Shown here: positions 1-9,047 of the stretch, one piece after another | Layout: each line of letters opens with the position of its first letter | How positions within the stretch are numbered: the first letter of the stretch is position 1 | DNA from: Nitrospirota bacterium | Lineage (GTDB): Bacteria; Nitrospirota; Thermodesulfovibrionia; Thermodesulfovibrionales; JdFR-86 | Length of the DNA stretch: 64,000 nt | Direction: 5' to 3' | NCBI GenBank assembly: GCA_037386965.1 | Contig: JARRLN010000004.1 | Span: 197 to 64,196 of the forward strand | Notes under the pieces: generated by a model | What the model saw: only the letters and a program-made list of their open reading frames with translations | Told to the model about the DNA's origin: nothing | The model's database searches: none | Program-made: the position numbers and the translations under genes

Positions 1-138
1 CCATGTCCGAAGGAAATGGAGGGGTTATATCAGCCTGGGTGCCTCATCGGGAGATGAAAAGAGAACCTTCACAAGAAAACGCGTGATTGTCACAAATGAA
101 TCAATCTAATACGAGGCTCTCAACACGGCCCGCAACCC

Positions 139-1155
139 CTATTGCTCGAGGAAATCCATGAGCTTCGCGGTTACCCGGGCGGCGGCCCTTCGGGCGGCCC
201 TCTGCCGGGCCTCCCGCGCCGTCAGGTGGGTGGCCCTGACGGATTCCGTCACCTCCCCCAGCACCAGGCCCGCCTCGGCATCCAGCACCGAGACGACGGC
301 CGTCGCCCGGGCGTACTGCCACTCCGGATGCTCGATGCCCACCCCCTGCACATCGAGACGGCCCGTCAGGACGACGGAGGCCCTTTCCCTCTCGGTGGCG
401 ACCGGAAAGCCTTCCTCTCCGAGGGCCGCGACCAGGCTCTCCCTGAGATGCCCGGCCTCCTCGCCCGTCGTTTCCACGTACACGGGCATCCCGGCCTTGA
501 TGCTCCGCAGGTGCCGGAATACGCCCTCGATGTCATAGGGCGCGCCAGGCGTCCCGTATCCCAGCACGGTGAGCCTGCTCCGGTTTACCGTCCTTTCGAC
601 CCAGAGGCGGCTGACCTCCTTGAGGGTCCTGTAGCGCATGAGCCGGCTCTCCGTGCCGCTCAGGGCGGCCAGGCTTCCCTGCACCCGGCCGTCCAGGGCC
701 CGGATACGGTCGAGGAACTCCTCCCTGGCCTTCTGCTTCTCGAGGACGGCCAGCGCCCCGTACCGGCCGTCTTCCTCCCATGAGGCGGCTATCCTGGCCC
801 CCTTGAGCCGCACGTCCGACGTCACCCGCACCCAGGAGGTCACCTCCTGCCGGAACTCCTCCAGCCCGTCCCTGACCACCGAGCCCATCCTGTCCATGGT
901 CTCGCTTCGCACCCGGGAGTCAAAGACGCGGGAAAGCTCCGCCAGGGCGCGCCTCTTGGCCTCCTCTTGGCTGGCCCCCTCGGCCTGGGCGGCGAGGTAC
1001 CGCTCCGGAGGGTATGCCTTCATCGCGGAAGGCCTCTGGCGGACCTCCCCGCCGGAGGGAGCGCACCCCGGAAGGGCCATCAGGATGCCCAGGGCAAGTA
1101 TAAGAACGCGTTTTCTTCTTTTCACGGGAGAGGCCTCTTCAGAAAATCGTATCAA
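139..1155 (-). CDS. LPP20-like lipoprotein (338 aa)
   Basis: ORF track entry. Signal peptide ends in the lipobox-like LMALPGC. The segment YLAAQAEGASQEEAKRRALAELSRVF resembles the LPP20/FlgP-type lipoprotein domain. It overlaps the upstream lipoprotein gene by 17 nt. Confidence 0.7.
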   Translation of the reverse strand: MIRFSEEASPVKRRKRVLILALGILMALPGCAPSGGEVRQRPSAMKAYPPERYLAAQAEGASQEEAKRRALAELSRVFDSRVRSETMDRMGSVVRDGLEEFRQEVTSWVRVTSDVRLKGARIAASWEEDGRYGALAVLEKQKAREEFLDRIRALDGRVQGSLAALSGTESRLMRYRTLKEVSRLWVERTVNRSRLTVLGYGTPGAPYDIEGVFRHLRSIKAGMPVYVETTGEEAGHLRESLVAALGEEGFPVATERERASVVLTGRLDVQGVGIEHPEWQYARATAVVSVLDAEAGLVLGEVTESVRATHLTAREARQRAARRAAARVTAKLMDFLEQ

Positions 1156-2452
1156 GGAGAAGAAACCTTGTCTCCCCCGGCCCCACGCGCACCGTCCCCA
1201 GGTCCCTGCTTCTCCCCTCGCACAGCTCGGCCCGCAGGGCGTAGCTCCCCGGCGGCACGAACATCCGGGTGAAGAAAATCTCCCCGGGCAGGGTCCTCCA
1301 GGAGCGGGTGTCGGCCCGCTCCACCACCAGGTTCAAAAGGTTGAGCCCCAGCCGCGCGGCGGCCTGTGCCTCCCGGCTGCCCATCTGGCGGGAGATGCCC
1401 TCTATGGCTGCCTGCTTGGCCGCGGCCCGGGCCAGGGTCTTCAAGACGACCCTGCCCCTGCGGTCCTCCAGGTTCCTCAGGGCGATGGCATTGATGTCCT
1501 CCACCAGCTCCGTCTCCGCCCGGAACTCCCGGCCCGCCGCGGACCGGGCAACCAGGGCGCTCCCCCTGCACGCCGACGGCCACACCACAAAGCGGGGAAA
1601 GGCCAGGGTGATGGGCCCCCGGGGGGTGGGCACGAGAACCTTGTCCTGCTCCTTTACCGGGGCGCGCCCGTTCAGGTGGATGAGGACGAGCCGCCCCATC
1701 TCCCTCACGCTCTCCTGAGAGGCCCATGTGACCGGGGCCTCCGGGGACTCGAGGGCCTCGTCGAGCCTTCCCGTGGCCTCGGCCACCCGCAGGTAGTCCT
1801 CCAGAAAGACCTGCGGTACGGGCGTGCCGTACTGGGACTGATAATCTTTGAAGGCATCCATGGCCTTGTGGTAATCGATGAAGGCGTTGTCGAGGCCCTC
1901 CAGGCTCCCGGGGTCTTCCGCCTCGTAGATGGTGCCGCTGAGGTACCGGCCGAAGGCGTCTTCCTTGTAGGCGTTCTTCTTGTCCTCGTACTTGCTGTTA
2001 TAAAACTCGAGCTTGTTGTTCAGGCGGCGGCACTCCACCAGGGCGTCCTCGTAGTTGGAAAGGACCGCGTAGTTGACGGCGGAGAGCATGTTGATGAGGG
2101 CGCGCTCGAAGTCCTCGCCGCTGTAAGGGATGGTATAGTCGTTCAGAAGAAAGGCCGCGGTCTCTGCGGTCAGGCTCTTGGTCCAGAGGTCCTCCGCGTA
2201 CTGGTCGGCCAGATGGAGGAAGTCGTTGCTCTCGGCGTAGCGGCCGCAGTACATGTTGACCGCGGCGGCGTCCATCAGGTGCAGGAGCTGCTGGTTCCGG
2301 CCGTACTCCTCCGCTTTCTGCACACACCGGGTGGCCGCGGCACAGTCGCCGGCGGACATCCTGGAGGCGAGCTTCTTGTAATCGACCCCGCTCCCGCAGC
2401 CGGCCAGAAGGAGGACCAGCACAAGGGAGAGCGCGTACCCCCTGCGTCTCAT
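1139..2452 (-). CDS. Lipoprotein with helical/TPR-like N-terminal region, COG3014-like (437 aa)
   Basis: ORF track entry. Signal peptide with a perfect lipobox LLLAGC. Sits between the LpoB-like and LPP20-like genes. Family assignment is from memory of this conserved triad. Confidence 0.65.
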   Translation of the reverse strand: MRRRGYALSLVLVLLLAGCGSGVDYKKLASRMSAGDCAAATRCVQKAEEYGRNQQLLHLMDAAAVNMYCGRYAESNDFLHLADQYAEDLWTKSLTAETAAFLLNDYTIPYSGEDFERALINMLSAVNYAVLSNYEDALVECRRLNNKLEFYNSKYEDKKNAYKEDAFGRYLSGTIYEAEDPGSLEGLDNAFIDYHKAMDAFKDYQSQYGTPVPQVFLEDYLRVAEATGRLDEALESPEAPVTWASQESVREMGRLVLIHLNGRAPVKEQDKVLVPTPRGPITLAFPRFVVWPSACRGSALVARSAAGREFRAETELVEDINAIALRNLEDRRGRVVLKTLARAAAKQAAIEGISRQMGSREAQAAARLGLNLLNLVVERADTRSWRTLPGEIFFTRMFVPPGSYALRAELCEGRSRDLGTVRVGPGETRFLLLDTIF

Positions 2453-2480
2453 GACGGTGACCCCGTGTCCGGAATGTTTT

Positions 2481-3101
2481 TTACGGGCCCAGCCTGCTTC
2501 GCGAGATGAACTTCTTTATCTGCTTCTCCCCGATCCAGGCCTTCCGGTTGGTCTCGAGGTTGACGAGCTCCAGGTTCACCTGGTAGAAGCGCACCATCTT
2601 GCCGCCCTCGCGGTCCTCGATGGTGTTGATGGAGCCCTGGAGCATGAAGTCGGCGCCTATCTCCCGTCCGTGCTCCTTCGCCGTCTCCTCGGAGGAGTAG
2701 ACGGCTTGGTCCTTTCTCTCCTCGCGGATTTCCTCCCGCTCGATGCGGCTGGCGACGAAGTCCACCCGGCCGGAGTTCAGCAGAGAGCGCTCCAGGTCCT
2801 TGACGAACGTCTGGGTATTGATGTGCTCGGTGCTCCTGTTTCGGACGGTGCCCACGATGACCACGGGCCTCGCGCCGCGGGCGTCCCTGAAGTCCTCCAG
2901 CCACGGACGGCTCAGGGCATCCTGGACCATCTCCTCGGCGACCAGGCGGCTGTCGGTGTCGTTCCAGCGCCCGCTGAGGTCGATGACGTCACTGGTCTCC
3001 ACCCTCTTTACGGTCTTGCCGCAGCCCGCCAAACCGACCAGGAAAAATCCGGCCAGGAGAAGCCCGGCAAGAAGAAGCACGGCCCCACGCGTCTTTCTCA
3101 T
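2481..3101 (-). CDS. lpoB: Penicillin-binding protein activator LpoB-like lipoprotein (206 aa)
   Basis: C-terminal part of ORF 2481..4130. True start is ATG 3101..3099 (MRKTRGAVLLL...), preceded by GGAGGA. Lipobox GLAGC. GRWNDTD, VVIVGTVRNRS, FMLQGSI and YQVNLELVNLET are typical of the LpoB/YcfM family. Confidence 0.85.
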   Translation of the reverse strand: MRKTRGAVLLLAGLLLAGFFLVGLAGCGKTVKRVETSDVIDLSGRWNDTDSRLVAEEMVQDALSRPWLEDFRDARGARPVVIVGTVRNRSTEHINTQTFVKDLERSLLNSGRVDFVASRIEREEIREERKDQAVYSSEETAKEHGREIGADFMLQGSINTIEDREGGKMVRFYQVNLELVNLETNRKAWIGEKQIKKFISRSRLGP

Positions 3102-3191
3102 GAGAGTCCTCCTTCCATAGCTTGCATGCGCCCTCCACCCCAGTTTACCAGCAAGCAGGAAGGACTTTCCAGAGAACGCCTGAGCGCCGTG

Positions 3192-3220
3192 TTGCCATTC
3201 GTCACCCCGTGGTTTATAAT
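3192..3220 (+). promoter_or_regulatory. Sigma-70-like promoter for mdh (TTGCCA-17-TATAAT)
   Basis: TTGCCA at 3192-3197, 17-nt spacer, TATAAT at 3215-3220, about 30 nt upstream of the mdh ATG. Confidence 0.5.
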
Positions 3221-3251
3221 TGTTCTTCCTTCTTTCGAGGGCGTCATCCCG

Positions 3252-4181
3252 ATGAAAAGAAAAGTCACCGTCATAGGCGCAGGAAACGTGGGCGCATCCC
3301 TGGGGGAGAACATCGCCCGCGGGGGACTGGCCGACGTGGTCCTGTGCGACGCGGCCCCGGGCATTGCCCGGGGGAAGGCCCTGGACATGTCCCAGGCCTG
3401 CGCCCTCTGGGGATCCTCGGCGCGCGTGACGGGCACCGACGATTACGCCGAGACGGCCGGCTCCCACCTGGTAATCGTCACGGCGGGCATCCCCCGGAAG
3501 CCCGGCATGTCCCGGGACGACCTCCTCGGGGCCAACGCCGACGTGGTGCGCACCGTGACGGCGGAGGCGGCCAGGCACTCCCCCGGAGCCGTCCTCATCG
3601 TGGTCACAAACCCCATGGACGCCATGGCCCAGCTTGCCTGGAGCGTCTCGGGCTTTCCCCGGGAAAGGGTGCTGGGCATGGGCGGGGCGCTGGACGCCGC
3701 GCGCCTGCGGACTTTCGTGGCCTGGGAGCTCGGCGTCTCGGCGCGGGACGTGGAGGCCCTCGTCCTGGGGGGGCACGGCGACCAGATGGTCCCCCTGCCC
3801 CGGTTCACCACGGTGAAGGGCGTGCCCGTGACGGAGCTTCTCCCCCCGGCCCGGGTGGATGCCCTCATCGAGCGGACCCGGAACGGCGGAGCGGAGGTCG
3901 TGGCCCATCTGAAGACCGGCAGCGCCTACTATGCCCCTGCGGCCGGGGCATACGAGATGGCGGAAGCCGTGCTCCTGGACGAGAGGCGCATGATGCCCTG
4001 CTCCGTCCTCCTCAGGGGAGAATACGGCATTGCGGACGTCTTCGCGGGGGTCCCGGCGGTGCTGGCCGGAGGGGGGCTTGAACGGGTGGTGGAGCTCGAG
4101 CTTGCCGGGGAGGAGAAGACGGGCCTCCACGCATCGGCGCGCGCGGTGCGCGAGCTGGTGGATAAACTCGCTGCGGCATAG
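3252..4181 (+). CDS. mdh: Malate dehydrogenase, LDH-like type (309 aa)
   Basis: In-frame part of ORF 2451..4181 starting at ATG 3252. MKRKVTVIGAGNVG Rossmann motif, ITAGIPRKPGMSRDDL, VVTNPMD, GGHGDQMVP. Confidence 0.93.
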   Translation: MKRKVTVIGAGNVGASLGENIARGGLADVVLCDAAPGIARGKALDMSQACALWGSSARVTGTDDYAETAGSHLVIVTAGIPRKPGMSRDDLLGANADVVRTVTAEAARHSPGAVLIVVTNPMDAMAQLAWSVSGFPRERVLGMGGALDAARLRTFVAWELGVSARDVEALVLGGHGDQMVPLPRFTTVKGVPVTELLPPARVDALIERTRNGGAEVVAHLKTGSAYYAPAAGAYEMAEAVLLDERRMMPCSVLLRGEYGIADVFAGVPAVLAGGGLERVVELELAGEEKTGLHASARAVRELVDKLAAA

Positions 4182-4259
4182 ACATCGAAGCCTTGAAGAA
4201 GCCGGTCATCGGCGTTATCATGCCGGCTGTTTAATGCGTGGAATAATACAGGAGGAGCA

Positions 4260-4679
4260 ATGGCGGAGAGAACGCTGAGCATCGTCAAGCCCGACGGGGT
4301 CCGGAAGAACCTCATAGGCGAGGTTATCGCGCGCTTCGAGAAGCGGGGCCTCTCGGTCAAGGCCCTCAAGATGCTCACGGTGAGCAAGGAGCAGGCCGGA
4401 GGGTTCTATGCCGTCCACAGGGACAAGCCCTTCTACGGGGAGCTTACGGATTTCCTCTCCGAGGGACCCATCGTGGTCATGGCCGTGGAAGGAGACGGCG
4501 CCATAGCCAAAGTGCGCGAGGCCATGGGGGCCACGGACCCCAAGAAGGCGGCCCCCGGCACCATCCGGGCGGACTTCGCCGACAACATAGAAAGAAACAT
4601 CGTCCACGGGTCGGACTCCACCGAAAGCGCCGACTTTGAGATACCCTATTTCTTCTCGTCCGTCGAGATAATGGACTGA
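4260..4679 (+). CDS. ndk: Nucleoside diphosphate kinase
   Basis: [30 protein letters not shown] (active-site His) motifs. SD AGGAGGAG lies upstream. Confidence 0.96.
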   Translation: MAERTLSIVKPDGVRKNLIGEVIARFEKRGLSVKALKMLTVSKEQAGGFYAVHRDKPFYGELTDFLSEGPIVVMAVEGDGAIAKVREAMGATDPKKAAPGTIRADFADNIERNIVHGSDSTESADFEIPYFFSSVEIMD

Positions 4680-4700
4680 GAGGGCACGGAGGAAGAGGCC

Positions 4701-5861
4701 ATGGATTATTTCCTCGACGAAGAACAGACGATGATACGGGACCTGGCCCGGCAGATAGCCCGGGAGAAGGTGGTCCCCGTGAGACAGGAGCTGGACGAGA
4801 CGGAAGAGTTCCCCTGGGACATCATGAAGACCCTGGCCCAGTCGGACCTCTTCGGGCTGTTCATCCCCGAGGAGTACGGCGGCCTGGGCAAGGGGGGCTT
4901 CGAGCTCTGCCTGGCCGTCGAAGAGCTCTCGGCGGCCTGCCTGGGGGTCTCCACCTCCTACGCGGCCAACGCCCTGGGGACCTACCCCATCCTGCTTTAC
5001 GGCTCGGAGGAGCAGAAGAAGAAATATCTCCCGGACGTGGCCTCCGGCAAGAGGCTGGTGGCCTTCGGCCTGACGGAGGCAGGGGCGGGCAGCGACGCGG
5101 CGGGCGTGCAGACCACCGCCAGGCTTGAGGGCGACGAGTACGTGCTCAACGGCACCAAGCAGTGGATAACCAACGGCGGAGAGGCCGAAATCTACACTAT
5201 CATCGCCATAACCGACCGGGCCAAGGGCGCCCGGGGCGCCAGTGCGTTCGTCGTGGAGAAGGACACCCCAGGGTTCACCTTCGGAAAGAAGGAGAAGAAG
5301 ATGGGCATCAGGTGCTCGGCCACCCGGGAGCTCGTCTTCGAGAACTGCCGCATCCCCAGGGACAACATCCTGGGCCGGGAGGGCATGGGCTTCATCGTGG
5401 CCATGAAGACCCTGGACCACTCCCGCCCCGGCGTGGGGGCCCAGGGGGTGGGCGTGGCCCAGGGCGCGCTGGACGAGGCCATACAGTTCGCCCGCCAGAG
5501 GGTGCAGTTCGGCCAGCCCGTCATAGGCTTTCAGGCCGTCCAGCACATGCTGGCCGACATGGCCACCCAGGTGGAGGCGGCCCGGGCCCTGGTCTACGCG
5601 GCGGCCAAATACATCGACAGCGGGGCCAAGGACGTCTCCAAAGCGTCGGCCCAGGCCAAGCTCTTCGCCACCGACGTCGGCATGCGGGTGACCACCGACG
5701 CCGTGCAGGTCATGGGAGGGTCTGGCTACATGCGGGAGTACCCCGTGGAGAAGATGATGCGGGACGCCAAGATACTGCAGATATACGAAGGCACCAACCA
5801 GATACAGCGCAACGTCATCGGCCAGGCCCTCATCAAGGAAGCCGCCGCCAAGGGAAAATAA
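4701..5861 (+). CDS. Acyl-CoA dehydrogenase (butyryl-CoA dehydrogenase-like, 386 aa)
   Basis: GLTEAGAGSDAAG, QWITNGG, YEGTNQIQRNVIG motifs of the ACAD family. Followed by etfBA. Confidence 0.93.
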   Translation: MDYFLDEEQTMIRDLARQIAREKVVPVRQELDETEEFPWDIMKTLAQSDLFGLFIPEEYGGLGKGGFELCLAVEELSAACLGVSTSYAANALGTYPILLYGSEEQKKKYLPDVASGKRLVAFGLTEAGAGSDAAGVQTTARLEGDEYVLNGTKQWITNGGEAEIYTIIAITDRAKGARGASAFVVEKDTPGFTFGKKEKKMGIRCSATRELVFENCRIPRDNILGREGMGFIVAMKTLDHSRPGVGAQGVGVAQGALDEAIQFARQRVQFGQPVIGFQAVQHMLADMATQVEAARALVYAAAKYIDSGAKDVSKASAQAKLFATDVGMRVTTDAVQVMGGSGYMREYPVEKMMRDAKILQIYEGTNQIQRNVIGQALIKEAAAKGK

Positions 5862-5871
5862 GGGGCACCAG

Positions 5872-5889
5872 GGGCGCCAGCGCCCTTTT
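5872..5889 (+). terminator. Weak intrinsic terminator after the acyl-CoA dehydrogenase gene
   Basis: GGGCG-ccag-CGCCC stem followed by TTTT, 11 nt after the stop codon. Confidence 0.35.
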
Positions 5890-5971
5890 CACTCAGATGC
5901 CGTGAAGGGGGCCGCCAGTGCCCGCTGGCGCCAGAGACACCGATACCTTAAAAAACGTTGCAATGGTGTTT

Positions 5972-5996
5972 GTAAAGGGGCACTGGTGCCCTTTAC
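5972..5996 (+). terminator. Hairpin (about 10-bp stem) followed by a U-rich stretch
   Basis: GTAAAGGGGCACTGGTGCCCTTTAC followed by TTCGTTT, inside the 270-nt spacer between the dehydrogenase gene and etfB. Confidence 0.35.
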
Positions 5997-6151
5997 TTCG
6001 TTTGGGGGGAAGGCGTATAATTTTCACTTCAGGGGAGGGGAGGGGCGTGCCGCCCGAACATCCCTCACGCGCGGGCCCCCTGGCAGGGCCGGACGGTGCG
6101 CGGACAGCCCGGGGAGTGCATCCGGGCTAATTCATGGAGACAGCGAGGCCG

Positions 6152-6934
6152 ATGAATATCGTCGTCTGCATCAAACAGGTTCCGGACGCGGCGGAGGTGC
6201 GGATAAACCCCGAGACGGGCACCCTGATGAGGGAAGGGGTGCCGAGCATCATAAACCCCTACGACATGCACGCCCTGGAGGCGGCCGTAAGGCTCAAGGA
6301 GGAGCGCGGAGCCACGGTGACGGTCCTTACCATGGGGCCTCCCCAGGCGGAGCAGGCCCTTCGGGATGCCATCGCCATGGGGGCGGACAAGGCGGTCCTT
6401 CTCACCGACAAGGCCTTCGCGGGCTCCGACACCTGGGCCACCTCCTACGCCCTCTCCAGGGCGGTGAAGAAGCTCGGGGCGGACCTCATCGTCTGCGGCA
6501 AGCAGGCCATTGACGGCGACACCGCCCAGGTGGGCCCGGAGATGGCCGAGATGCTGGATATCCCGCACGTGTCGTATGTCCGCAGGATAGAAGAAGTGAC
6601 GGACTCCGCCATACGGGTGCAGAGGCTCATGGACGAGGGGCACGACGTCGTGGAGGCCCGGCTGCCGGCGCTCCTGACCGTGGTGAAGGAGCTGAACGAG
6701 CCCCGTCTTCCGTCGCTCAAGGGGAAAATGGCGGCCAAGAAGGCCGAGATTGCGCACTGGAGCGCGGCGGACGTCGGCGCCGAGGAGGCCCGGCTGGGGC
6801 TCGGCGGTTCACCCACCCAGGTGAGGAGGATATTCGCCCCCGAGGCCCGAGCCGACAGGGAGATGCTCGAGGGCTCCCCGGAGGAGCAGGCCCAAAAGGT
6901 GGTGGAGAAGCTCCTGGAGCTGAAATGCCTGTAA
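6152..6934 (+). CDS. etfB: Electron transfer flavoprotein beta subunit
   Basis: MNIVVCIKQVPD is a typical EtfB N-terminus. ATG 6152 has GAGG 4 nt upstream. The ORF track gives an alternative start at 6134. Confidence 0.92.
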   Translation: MNIVVCIKQVPDAAEVRINPETGTLMREGVPSIINPYDMHALEAAVRLKEERGATVTVLTMGPPQAEQALRDAIAMGADKAVLLTDKAFAGSDTWATSYALSRAVKKLGADLIVCGKQAIDGDTAQVGPEMAEMLDIPHVSYVRRIEEVTDSAIRVQRLMDEGHDVVEARLPALLTVVKELNEPRLPSLKGKMAAKKAEIAHWSAADVGAEEARLGLGGSPTQVRRIFAPEARADREMLEGSPEEQAQKVVEKLLELKCL

Positions 6935-8121
6935 TCGTCAACAAGGAAAAATGCACGGGGTGCGAGAGCTGCCTGGCCTCCTGCCCCTTCGACGCCATAG
7001 AGATGACCGAGGGCAGGGCCCTCATCAACGAGTACTGCCAGAGCTGCCGGGCCTGCCTGGAGACCTGCCCCGAAGGGGCGATATTCGAGACCGAGGACGA
7101 GGCCCCGAAGGACGAAGCACAGCTTGCGGAGTATCGGGGGGTGTGGGTCTTCGCCGAGCAGCGGGAGGGCAAGGTGGCCCCGGTGGCTTACGAGCTTCTG
7201 GGGGCGGGCCGCTCCCTGGCCGACGCCCTCCGGGTGGAGCTCTCGGCGGTCCTTCTCGGGGCATCGGAGGCCCAGGCCCGGGGGCTCATCTCCCACGGGG
7301 CCGACCGGGTCCACCACTGTGCGGACCCCTCCCTGGAGCATTTCAACGACGAGTCCTACGCGGGGGCACTTGCCTCGCTCATCGAAAAGCACAAGCCCGA
7401 AGTGGTCCTGGCGGGGGCCACCCCCATCGGCCGCTCCTTTCTGCCCCGGGTGGCCGCGCGCCTCTGGGCCGGCCTTACGGCCGACTGCACCGGGCTTGAC
7501 GTGGACCTGGAGGATGGCAGAAGGAACCTCCTTCAGACGCGGCCGGCCTTTGGCGGAAACATCATGGCCACCATCGCCTGCCCCGGCAGAAGGCCCCAGA
7601 TAGCCACCGTGCGGCCCCGGGTCATGAAGCCCCTGCCGAGGGACGACTCCAGAAGCGGCGAGATAGTGAAGGAAGAGCTTGTGCTCCCCCCGGCCCGCAC
7701 CTCGGTGCTTGAGGTGGTCAAGGAGGTGGCCGAGAGCGCCGTCAACCTCCAGGAGGCCGAGGTCATCGTCTCCGGAGGGCGCGGGGTGGGCCAGAAGGGT
7801 TTTGCGATGCTCAAGGAGCTGGCCGACCTTCTGGGCGGCTCGGTGGGCGCTTCGCGGGCCGCCGTGGACGAGGGGTGGATACCCTACCGCCACCAGGTGG
7901 GACAGACCGGAAAGACCGTCTGTCCCAGGATATACATCGCCTGCGGCATCTCCGGCGCCGTGCAGCACCTGGTGGGGATGCAGTCCTCCGACATCATCAT
8001 CGCCGTCAACAAAAATCCCGAGGCCCCCATTTTCACCGTGGCGACATACGGCATCGTGGGCGACGTCTTCGAGGTGGTCCCCGCCCTCATCAAGAAGATA
8101 AAGGAGGCCCGGGCGCAGTGA
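6925..8121 (+). CDS. etfA: Electron transfer flavoprotein alpha subunit with N-terminal ferredoxin domain (398 aa)
   Basis: N-terminal CTGCESCLASCP and CQSCRACLETCP cluster motifs, followed by an EtfA body (VSGGRGVG, CPRIYIACGISGAVQHLVGM). Overlaps the etfB stop by 10 nt. Confidence 0.92.
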   Translation: MPVIVNKEKCTGCESCLASCPFDAIEMTEGRALINEYCQSCRACLETCPEGAIFETEDEAPKDEAQLAEYRGVWVFAEQREGKVAPVAYELLGAGRSLADALRVELSAVLLGASEAQARGLISHGADRVHHCADPSLEHFNDESYAGALASLIEKHKPEVVLAGATPIGRSFLPRVAARLWAGLTADCTGLDVDLEDGRRNLLQTRPAFGGNIMATIACPGRRPQIATVRPRVMKPLPRDDSRSGEIVKEELVLPPARTSVLEVVKEVAESAVNLQEAEVIVSGGRGVGQKGFAMLKELADLLGGSVGASRAAVDEGWIPYRHQVGQTGKTVCPRIYIACGISGAVQHLVGMQSSDIIIAVNKNPEAPIFTVATYGIVGDVFEVVPALIKKIKEARAQ

Positions 8122-9047
8122 AGCTGGCCTTCGTCTTCCCCGGCCAGGGCTCCCAGAAAGTGGGCATGGGCCGGGACCTGCACGAGGGGTTAGACGAGGT
8201 AAAACGGCTCTACGAGAAGGCCTCCGAGGCCCTGGGTTACGACGTTGCCCGCCTGAGCTTCGAGGGGCCGGAGGAGGAGCTGAACAGGACCGAGCGGACG
8301 CAGCCCTGCCTTCTTGCGGCCTCCATGGCCTCCTATCTCGCCTTGGCCTCCCGGGGCGTCAGGGCCGACATGATGGCCGGACACAGCCTGGGGGAGTACA
8401 CCGCCCTGGTCGCGGCAGGGGCCCTGCCCCTGGCTCACGCCCTCCGGGCCACGGAGCTCCGGGGCAGGCTCATGCAGGAGGCGGTCCCCGAGGGCAAGGG
8501 GCTGATGGCGGCGGTCCTGGGGCTTGAGCGGGCCAGGGTGCAAGAGGTCTGCCGCTCCGTGGCCTCGGGCTACGTGGCCCCGGCCAACTACAACTGCCCG
8601 GGGCAGATAGTCATCTCCGGAGAGCGCCCGGCCGTGGAGGAGGCGGTCGAGCGCCTGAAGGAAGCCGGGGCCAAGCGCGCCCTGGCACTGGCCGTAAGCG
8701 TGCCCTCCCACTCGCGCCTCATGGAGCCCGCGGCCGAGAGGCTCGCGGAGCATCTCCGGGAGGTGCCGATGCGGGAACCCTCCGTCCCCGTGGTCGGCAA
8801 CGCCGACGCCCGGGTGATGGGCTCCGTGCAGGAGATAAAGGACGCCCTCGTCAGGCAGCTCAAAGGCCCGGTCCTTTGGGAAGAGTCTGTGGGCCTCATG
8901 GCCCGCTCGGGCGTGGAGACTTTCGTAGAGGCCGGCCCGGGAAAGGTGCTGGCCGGTCTGGTAAGGCGGTGCGCACCCGAAGCCCGCGCCCTGGGAGTGG
9001 AAGACCGGGAGAGCCTGGCAAGCACGCTGTCCGCTCTGGCTCCCTAG
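8118..9047 (+). CDS. fabD: Malonyl-CoA:ACP transacylase
   Basis: In-frame part of ORF 7875..9047. GTG 8118 overlaps the etfA stop (GTGA). FVFPGQGSQ, GHSLGEY, SVPSHS motifs. Confidence 0.9.
   Translation: MKLAFVFPGQGSQKVGMGRDLHEGLDEVKRLYEKASEALGYDVARLSFEGPEEELNRTERTQPCLLAASMASYLALASRGVRADMMAGHSLGEYTALVAAGALPLAHALRATELRGRLMQEAVPEGKGLMAAVLGLERARVQEVCRSVASGYVAPANYNCPGQIVISGERPAVEEAVERLKEAGAKRALALAVSVPSHSRLMEPAAERLAEHLREVPMREPSVPVVGNADARVMGSVQEIKDALVRQLKGPVLWEESVGLMARSGVETFVEAGPGKVLAGLVRRCAPEARALGVEDRESLASTLSALAP

Noticed and set aside
2481-4130. N-terminally extended ORF-track versions of real genes: 2481..4130 (lpoB), 2451..4181 (mdh), 36579..37733 (rseP), 45930..47258 (phoU), 54563..55690 (phoB), 57129..58619 (hpf), 7875..9047 (fabD), 21982..22725 (CBS), 23830..24651 (udg), 24132..25133 (HIT), 45218..45874 (nitroreductase).
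   Set aside because: The extensions run through neighbouring genes and lack family similarity. Internal starts with an SD, or with ATGA/GTGA coupling, reproduce canonical N-termini.
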